NCBI GenBank assembly: GCA_000320545.1
Contig: ADNK01001814.1
Location: 61,076-125,075, forward strand
Source of the DNA: Bigelowiella natans CCMP2755
Taxonomy: Eukaryota; Protista; Cercozoa
Length of the DNA: 64,000 bases
Reading direction: 5' to 3'
The notes under the pieces: model-generated
The model's database searches: none
Told to the model about the DNA's origin: nothing
The model's input: only the letters and a program-made list of their open reading frames with translations
Part shown: positions 49,132 through 64,000 of the stretch, in pieces
Numbering within the stretch: position 1 is the first letter of the stretch
Layout: each line of letters begins with the position of its first letter
Made by a program: the position numbers and the translations under genes

Positions 49132-49567
49132 TTCGATAGAGAGGGAGAGAGTGCGCAATTCGATTGACGGTGTTTTAAAGTCTGGTCTCTTCTTGCTCTT
49201 TCAGGGATAGGAACAAACGGATATTTTGATAGACCAAAGTAATCTATAATATAACGCACGCTCTTACACCATGAGCATATTTTTAGTCGATGAAGGGTAG
49301 ATGTCGTAGTAGTAGTAGCAGCAGCAGTAGCTTTTGGTAGTATCTAGGCACGTGCGTGCGTATTAAGGAGCCTTTGACCAATTCCGAGCCTAGTTTGCAC
49401 AAACGAATAATAACTCTTTTGATGATACCTTTGACCTCACAGAACTTTGGACATATTCAACACATCTACGGGCAATACCTTCATGCTTGTTGGAGGCACT
49501 GGGAATGGTGGGAGATTTCTAAAAGTTGTCAATATCTCCGGGTACTTGGAAACGCGTCTATCACATA

Positions 49568-49601
<34 letters not shown>

Positions 49602-50356
49602 CCACCTCGTTTATGTATGTATGATGGGTGTGCGCGCAAAGCTGTGTATCCAGGAGAATAGAGTAAAGATACATAAGAGTCTTCCTCGTCCTGAATATGC
49701 ATATAATTCCAACATAATCAGGTCCGGAGTGCAGGGTAGAAGTCTGAATATAATAGGCCGCACTTCCCAAAGGAGCATGTAAGAGTCACCTCCTAATGTT
49801 TCCTCCCCTCTCCCCCCCCTTGTATTAGTATTTGTGTAAATTGTGCTTGGCTATTCCACCGAATAATTGCTTTTCTCATAAGTAAAAGAAATCGGAACTG
49901 AGCCTTTAGGGGGGGTTAGGAAATCTAAAGAACACCAGCAAATTAGGAGAGGGCGAAGAATCGTATGCGATTCCAAGTTCCATATAACGATGTCTTCTTT
50001 ATTGAAACCAAGCCGAATGGGATATGTATTTCACAATTGCTGAAGCAAACTTTTCATTTGTGGCAGAGATTACGACGGCCCTGGAACTATGGCGACCTTT
50101 GCCAATGTTCAGGCTGTTCTATCTGACCCACGAGATCCGTACCGAATCTATGTTGGCGCGAAATGGGTGAGGAAAGACGATGGTGAAATGTGCCTATGCG
50201 GCATTCAGCAAGTTATTTCTACTTTTGCGCCTATGCGGCATTCAGCAAGTTATTTCTACTTTTGCTTGTTCTCCAAGCGGGTTTGGCTGTGTGTGTGTGT
50301 GTGTGCGTGCGCGCGCGCACGTGTGTGTGTGGGTGTGTGTGGCCGTATCGTAAGTA

Positions 50357-50429
<73 letters not shown>

Positions 50430-51820
50430 GTAACTGTGTGTATATGGAACTACTTTCAGAGCTCTAATATTCGCATCATCACGTATCCTACTTCGTCTCC
50501 GACACAAGCCCCCTCAATAACGCCTACTACATCCCCATCAACATCTCCCTCGCTAACACCATCGTCAGCACCGTCGTCTTCACCATCAAGTACTCCATCC
50601 TTTGCCCCATCCTCGTCGCCATCTTTTGCTCCATCATCATCGCCATCAGCGGGCCCATCATTGGCACCATCGTCAGCACCCTCGTTCTCTCCCTCGTTGT
50701 CACCTGTATCATCAGCGCCATCGTTGGGACCATCATCCACACCATCGCGTGCCCCATCCGCATCGCCCATAGTCATCACATCTTCCCCGACGCTTACTGG
50801 TGCTACTTCATCACCCTCAACGGGCCCATCATCAGCGCCATCATCAGCGCCCTCTTCCTCCCCTTCCTCCTTGCCATCTCAATCCCCATCCGTAACACCA
50901 TCCGCAACACCTTCGTCGTCTCCATCATCTGCGCCTTCCGCTTCGCCGACATCATCGCCGTCGTTGACACCCTCAAATTCACCCACACTCTCGCCAACAA
51001 CGATCTCACCAGCAACTTCCTCTCCAACAAGTAGTCCATCATCATCACCATCTTCAGCGCCTTCCTCCTCCCCAACATCGTTGCCATCAACATCGCCTAT
51101 ACCTATCACATCCTCACCAACAATAAATGGCGCGACTCTCTCCCCATCATCATCACCATCATCGTCACCGTCTTCGTCTCCTTCATCTTCCCCATCATCA
51201 ACACCTTCATCAGCCCCATCATCAACACCGTCTTTCTCCCCATCGCCTTCGCCATCTGGATCCCCATCATCAGCACCGTCCACCTCCCCAACCTCCTCAC
51301 CTTCATTATCCCCATCATCAGCACCGTCCACCTCCCCAACCTCCTCACCTTCAGTATCAACAGGAACCGTCTCGCCATCATCATCTCCTTCGTCATCACC
51401 AACGTTCTCGCCATCATCAGCAGCCCCCTCATCACTGCAGGACAACTTTATACCCACCATATCTCTTAGCGGCGCCGGCATCGTCAGCCCAGGCCAAGAC
51501 ATAGTGCTCACAGCGGCTATGAATTACCACCTTCAGTCGAAGAACAACAGCTTATCGATGGAAGACGTCGCCTCTTTCTCCTACCTCTGGGCGATTTCAA
51601 GGATTGCAAATAACGCAACAGGCCGCCCAGGCAAAGCCATTGATCTGTCTCAGACGCCCTCGTCCGTGACGACTGTCCTTACGATTCCCACGCAGATGCT
51701 CGATCCTGCTGAGCGCTATCAGGTCATCTTTGAGGCGAATATGACTAAGGTCTACGGGCCACAGCGCGGCCTTGTCTCGTTGACGGTAATACACGAGCGT
51801 ATGTGCTCCACGCAGAAACT

Positions 51821-51863
<43 letters not shown>

Positions 51864-53298
51864 GTGTGTGTGTGTGTGTGTGTATGTGTGTGTGTGTGTG
51901 CGTGTGTGAAAGAAAGAAGGAAGGAAAGAGAGAGAGGGAGAGAACGAGTTTTGCAGTGTTTTTCATTATTGCTTTCAAGGGATGTACTAGCACACGTACA
52001 CTGAAATGACTTGCTGAGGTTTCTGCCACCTCCACAGGATATTCTAGAAACTAGTGTCCGACCTCTCGTAGCGATGATCAAAGGCGTCGGAGACTTTCAG
52101 GAAATTCCAGCAAGCAGTATGGATCTTTACCTGGACGCCGGCTCGGTCTCATATGACCCTGAGGAGGCGAAGAATGCCACGAAAACCTTTGAATGGAGCT
52201 GCACTAATCACACGACACAGCAGCCATGCGCCCCATCTCAGATATCAGGAAATGGGGAAGTCTTCTCAATCCCATCACAGGCCCTTCGCTATTCCCCCGA
52301 TTTCCCTAGCATATTGAACATCACGGTAAACTTCTCTGTGGTGTCCAATGAAGGCACGCTACGACGCTCCAGCAGCCGCTCGCTGCTCGTGCGAGTGATC
52401 TCAAAGAGCTCTCCTGCGTTGTTCATTTCTGGGAAAAGCTTGATCCTATCTCGCAATGGGCTTATATCTCTCACGGCAAATCGGATTTCGAGTACCAACG
52501 CTGGTAGCGAAAGTGGCGGCGGCACGTACCGTTGGCAAATAAGCGATCCATCTTCTTCATCCCGTCCTTCCTTGCAATCTTTCCTCTCCTCCTCGCCGCA
52601 TCGTTCCCCCCTCTCTCTGCTCTCTTCATCGTCGGGGGCAGGATCAACTCTCGGAACCACTGCGTCTCTCGTCCTTCCTCTCTCTCAAATAGCAGCTGTG
52701 CAGCAGCAGCCGCAACAGAACAAATTCACCGTTTATGTCGAGAGAGAGTCAGAGAATCTCCTAGCATCGGTATGACTCTAGTGAGCACTAGCGTCCAGCA
52801 GCATGAGCAGCAACTCCCTCGAGCGTACATGCACGCGCAGATCTAATGATGTGAATGATGTTTTGTTTTGCTAGTCCTTGCAGGACCAGCGTTTTGGGGT
52901 TTGCGCTTGTTTGCTCACTCACAGCAATGCAACGATGACTCATGGCATGCCGATGTGTATTAAGGTTATAATCGAAGTCGTGGATGCTCCGAACCTGACG
53001 TCGATCCAGGTTCAGCCTTTATCCGGAACAGCGTATACGACAACGTTTGAGGCCACAGCTTCCGTGTCCATCTCGGATCCGATCGCGGCCCCAGTTTTGA
53101 CGTCTTTCTCTTACTTTCCTTCATTTACTAGCCAGTCTAATTCCCTGGTTCTTTGCCCCTACTCCTCTGCAAGAGGTGCGTATTGGCGTGCGTGTGTGTT
53201 TGTCGCTTGTCTGCGTGTTCGTGTGTGTTTGTGCTGCCAGCGGTATGATTGTGTAGGATTGTGAGGTGGGAAGGGGTAAACACATCTGCACGCCTTTA

Positions 53299-53352
<54 letters not shown>

Positions 53353-53371
53353 TAGGTTAGGCACAATGTAT

Positions 53372-53413
<42 letters not shown>

Positions 53414-53687
53414 GCTGTATTTGAAGCAAATGCGTCTGTCCCTCGCCTTGGTTTCTCACTGAGCCATAACCATAAATCGTAGACTGCAAATTTACTCTTC
53501 CGCCTGGAGACCACATGATTCTGATCGGGGCTAGAGACGTCTTAGGCGGCGTGTCTTCTAGGCAATTTGGCCCTGTTCGGGTGTTAGCGCAGCAGTATCC
53601 TTCGTTTGCATCACAGAGTTCCGAGTGCCTCAAGGCGTCTCAGGCCGTTTTCTTGTTGCGACAAATGGTGACTTCAAACACAATCAC

Positions 53688-53723
<36 letters not shown>

Positions 53724-56004
53724 ACACAGAGAGGGAGAGAGAGAGGGGGGTTAGGGGGAGGGGGGGGAGAGGAAAACAGGAGAGAAATGCAGACGCATGA
53801 CCCCATCCAGACTCAACGCAAGTAAGCATATGCATATAATTGCTGAATCATCATTCATCATCGTCATCGTAACTCTGTTCTCTGTGGCAAAGGCGGAGGA
53901 AGCATACCCCGCATTCCACGTCGAATATCATCGCTATGGACTCCGAAACGACATGTGTCGGAGCCTGAACAGCACGTTGAGTAACCTCTGGGATCTGGGG
54001 GACGTCACAAATATGCTCGGTCTCAGCCGCCTGGCTCTTGGCGTGATAGAGGAGATTCCTAAGAAGGGGGGAGGCGGAGAAGACATTCCACTCTCAGAAT
54101 GCCCAGATTATGCAGGGGCATTGGCCACCACGCCAACAACAAACACCGCGATCAGGTGAGGAGCTCTCTATTTTCTTTTAGACCATGCATACCATACATT
54201 TGGCAGTCATCTATCGATACATATGAATGAAGTTCTTTTGTTCTCGTTGGTTTCGTGCAGTGGATGTTCCACAGATGCAACCCTGCAGTCTCTCTCTTCG
54301 GAGCTTCGGCAAATCGTGTCCTCTTATGTTGCGAGAGCAGCCTCGGTTCCTTCGATCGCCCAAGGCGAAATCAGCCTCCTCGTCGCAGAAGCTCTGGATG
54401 ATGCAATCGGTATGTTCTTCTTCTAGGGACGCTTAGATTGCACGTGCTGATTACCCTGTGTGCGTTTCCTCTATTGTCATTCCTGAATATGCGCGCTGCC
54501 GATATTTCTACTGTCCCGATTACTACCCCCCTTCTTTGCTGCTCCCTAATAGATGACGTAGAAAGCAATGAAGAGGCAGAAACGATCCTGGACGCATTGG
54601 AAACGATAACAATCTATGCGAAGCCTGAGAGCTTAGCTTCTGAGCTCGGTCATGCACTCGCCGATGGATATTCCTCAATATTTCTGAAAACAAGCTCCTT
54701 CAGTGAGAGCACCGCTGTTTCGTCCAAGGCAGCAGTTCTCGCTGCCACGACAACGACATCAGCATCGTCATGCGCCCTCCTGAACCAAACTATAGACTCA
54801 ATAGATCTGCTCTTGCGAAGGGCCGGGCCAACCTCCCCTCCCCAGTCAAACACGGGAGGCGTGCAATACACCACGTCCGCATTCGACGCGACTACTGGCT
54901 CTATATTTGCGGATGAGGCTGGAGGTTTGAACGCAACTTCGTCGTTTCGCGTCTCTATTGACCCAACCGCCTCTGCCTCAACGACGACCTCGTTATCATC
55001 GCCAGGTAGTAGCACGTAATGATATAAGCTGTTTAGGTAAAAGTGGTTGCCGTATGATAGCTAACCAACCCTTGCCTCGCACTCTCCAATTGTTTTCACC
55101 TTTCTTTCGGGGTCTTACGGGCAAGGGGGGGGGAGGAAGGCTGGATTACATCCTTGAGTGGCACCGCCCTCCAAATCTCCCTGTTCATACGCAAAGCCCA
55201 GCCAGAGGGATATAGTACAAGGAGGATACCTCCTTTTTTGTGCGTTGTATGCTCCTTGTTGTCACGCCATAACTGTAAACATCGGGCGTTTATCAGGCGG
55301 CTACGAGCGTGCACAGAGTGTTCTCACCCTCCTCCGATTCGACACAGCAACCGTCTCGAGTTGCAGACAACAATCGCGTCAGATTGTGCAGGATCAATAC
55401 GCAGCGGGTGGGGCTGCTGGCGATGGCTTTGTGTTTGCTTCCCCAGACGTCGCCTCAGTTAACCTTTACAACGCATCAGGAGCGCGTCTGCTGTCATCAG
55501 GCGCGACTCACAGCGTTGAAGACGCGATAAGCTCCAACGTCACCATTGTTCTCACATCGGTGCAGGAACAGTGCGAGACGTCTAAGTTGTGCCGCTACTG
55601 GGATACGATTCTCCAGGCATGGAGCGGGGAGGGTTGCGCGTACAACGGCACGAGTGCTGATGGAACGCATCTTTGCGTGTGCAACCACCTGACTGAATTC
55701 ACTCTTCTTGCCGATCAAACGAGCTGTACGGCGGAAGAGAACGACGTCGAGGCTGGATATTGGGCATTAATTGGCGTGTTTCTGGCTATAGCTGCAGCAG
55801 CTTTGGTACAGATTGTACGGATGGGTGCTGGCGGGTTCAAGTCCGTACACTGCGTCTTGACACACCTCCTTATCGCTATTTATGCTGTCCTCAGGATTGT
55901 TAGCGTGTTGATGGTGAGCAAGCATTGAATAAATTTAAGAGGGAGGGGGAGAGGGGGGGAGGTAGCATTTTTTATTGATCTGGTGGTAAATGGACATGCG
56001 AGAG

Positions 56005-56075
<71 letters not shown>

Positions 56076-57511
56076 ATGAGAGAGAGAGAGAGAGAGCAAG
56101 AGAAGGGGAGAGAGGATCATAATCTGTGTCATCATTTTGGCATTTATCCCATTCTCAGGTCGCACGGCTGGTCGACGGTTTCGAGCACGCACGAATGCAC
56201 TTCGGCATTTCATTGGGGATTATAGCGCTTCCGTACTACATCGGCTTTACCCTCTATTGCCTTATAATTTTCCAATGGGTCAGTGTTATACACAATGCAC
56301 GACTCTCCAAAAACCCATTCGAACAATTCCAGAGGCGGTTCATAATGACCAGTGCCTTTCTCGGCGTTTCAGTCGTTGCTGCTGGCCTGGCATTCTTCTT
56401 GCTAGATCTCCCACCGTACGCTATCACGGGGGTCATCGTGGGAATCTCCCTACTCCTAATGGTAGCGTATCTTGTCTACGGCATGCTCCTTGCCGCGAAG
56501 GTCTCCGGAAAGGCAAATCCCACCAAGGCAGCTACAGCTCGCCGTTTCCGCCGTTTGGTATTCTGCGTGACGGTACCCATGTTCCTGAGCTCTTGCTGCT
56601 CAATCGCCATGCAAGCTGGCAATGAGATCTACGTATTCTTCCTCGCCGCCCTTTTCTGTGACGCGGCTGCCCTGGCTGTTGTCGTGTATATGCTCAAGGG
56701 CAAGGTTAGGACCGCGGCGAATGGAGGCAGTGAGAGCTCGTCCACCTCCCGCCGCCGCCGTGGAAGAACCCACCGTTCCAGAACAGGCCATGCATCATCG
56801 CAGCACAGCCGGTATGGGTCCCACCTCAGTCGTACGGGGGTAGCCGGGAAGTCCGGGCAAGGGGAGAACCATCACCGCAATGTGGCCTCTTCTGCTTCTC
56901 TCCTCGGTGCTGTCTCGATGCAGATGACACAGTTGAACAATACGAGCGTCATCTCGAAACTGCAGATGACTCAGCTAAACAGCACGGAGAACCGGGTGAT
57001 CCACGGGCTTGAAGTCAAAACCAGCGCGCAGAAAATGTCCGCGAAGCTGCCCGATCTAGAGGGCATTCCTGAGGAGAATGACGGCTCTGGATTAGCTAAC
57101 AGTAGACCGGACTCGGCCTACGCCGTGCGAGTAGGTTCGGTCATTGGCAGACCCGAGTCAAACAACCTCAGTACTCGAGGCGGGTCAAGCATTGGTAGGC
57201 CAGACTCAGGTTTTAGTGCGCGATTAGGCTCGAGTGTCATCACCGGTTCTCCTCGTGATTCCAACCGTCCCAGTTCAATGGCCTATCGCGGGAGCACACC
57301 TACCAATAATGCCGGCGTTGGCTTTTTGAGCCATACCGTCATTCCTGAGAAAGTAGAAGACGGGGTGGGGTTTGGGAACCACCCACTAACAGGGGACAAT
57401 GGTGCTCATTCGGCAAATAGCCTCGAGGTTTCTGGAAGAACATGTGACGAACTTTCACAGAACGGCAACTCAGAGACGGAAAGTAGATCGCAGGTAGATT
57501 TGCGCATTTAG
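46699..57511 (+). CDS. Large cell-surface receptor: signal peptide - NHL repeats - Ser/Pro/Thr mucin stalk - REJ/PKD-like region - GPS motif - 7TM - cytoplasmic tail (multi-exon)
   Basis: Signal MLLVVVLLLGSSSLLSVA. NHL-like exons PKALRS/PKGIAID region, GIRRIDVYAGNVTTFTG, AIDGDLASARFSQ and NDRVRAINLQNNQVTTLIG. PSSSP repeats at 50485-51435. REJ-like LDAGSVSYDPE...FEWSC and VQPLSGTAYTTTF. GPS CRYWD...WSGEGC...CVCNHLTEF at ~55590-55700. Seven hydrophobic segments at ~55750-56700. Stop at 57511. Confidence 0.82.
50192..50265. repeat. Exact 37-bp intronic tandem duplication
   Basis: gcctatgcggcattcagcaagttatttctacttttgc x2. Confidence 0.95.
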
Positions 57512-57619
57512 GGCTTGCCTCTCTTCCTCTTCGCCTGCTGATGGCGACGAGCCTGCACTCATGTGGCCGTGTATGCGAGCTCATTTTGAGGATGCGTTTA
57601 TACAGAAGACAACTTCGCT

Positions 57620-57840
57620 ATATCAAGATATATAGCGGAACGACAGCGCATTGCATACACAATGTACATCGCAACAGCCGCGTGATCTAACAACATGCAT
57701 CGCAACGCACAAGGCCATCGTTAGGTGTTTCGCGCCGAGTTACCTTGTGTCTAAGCGTCATTGCAGGCAGTACTTGGCGCTCGCATTCATACGCTAATAG
57801 CCACACGCAGCATAAATTACACGTACAGCTGTGCGACACG

Positions 57841-57881
<41 letters not shown>

Positions 57882-58129
57882 GCTAGCACGCGCGAACACG
57901 AACTTACATAGCTAGATTCATACACACACGTAGCTAGGTGTTTCGTCAACTTCACATGTGGAACAAACTAGCACAAGCACATGGTTGTCAAAATTTGAAA
58001 GCAACTTACTAGCTTGGTCCTCTTGCGCTTCTGCCTATCAGCTCGCTACGTACAGCGCACACCAGCTGCGTATTTGTGACGTCATCGGTGCCACCGCTAT
58101 GTTGTACAGCAATTAGCCTTGACAAGAGC

Positions 58130-58140
<11 letters not shown>
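57620..58140. other. Weakly TpA-depleted, CTAG-enriched intergenic tract G (convergent 3' ends)
   Basis: CA/TG-rich with several CTAG, but many TA remain. Confidence 0.4.

Positions 58141-64000
<5,860 letters not shown>

Noticed and set aside
50456-51511. Long antisense and alternate-frame ORFs (Asp/Gly-rich, Met-rich, His-rich)
   Set aside because: These are shadows of the Ser/Pro/Thr repeat exon on the + strand.

Overview
Eukaryotic nuclear DNA from an intron-dense, microsatellite-rich protist. Gene style and a mitochondrial arginine kinase would fit a chlorarachniophyte or other rhizarian, but this is inference only. About 11 protein-coding genes are supported: a giant ARM/HEAT-like gene (runs off the left edge), an FSH1/OVCA2-like serine hydrolase, an intronless DEK-C/HMG-box/IWS1 fusion, arginine kinase, a hypothetical protein, a myristoylated PH-PH-SAM protein, an IYxxP-repeat protein, a class-3 lipase fusion, MOB4/phocein, an NHL-mucin-REJ-GPS-7TM receptor, and a patatin-like phospholipase (runs off the right edge). 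The most striking signal is non-coding. The intergenic intervals at ~21.2-24.6, 30.8-31.9, 41.0-43.0 and 44.9-46.5 kb have lost almost all TpA dinucleotides, and those at 26.9-28.5, 36.1-36.6 and 57.6-58.1 kb have partly lost them. Introns a few hundred bp away stay full of TA and (TA)n. Surviving TAs are mostly in CTAG. Repeat copies inside the tracts differ by TA/TG/CA swaps, and a relic ORF has His/Cys where Tyr is expected. This points to a RIP-like but oppositely directed (A:T to G:C, TpA-specific) hypermutation process acting on untranscribed or transposon-derived DNA. All counts and exon boundaries were made by eye and are approximate.
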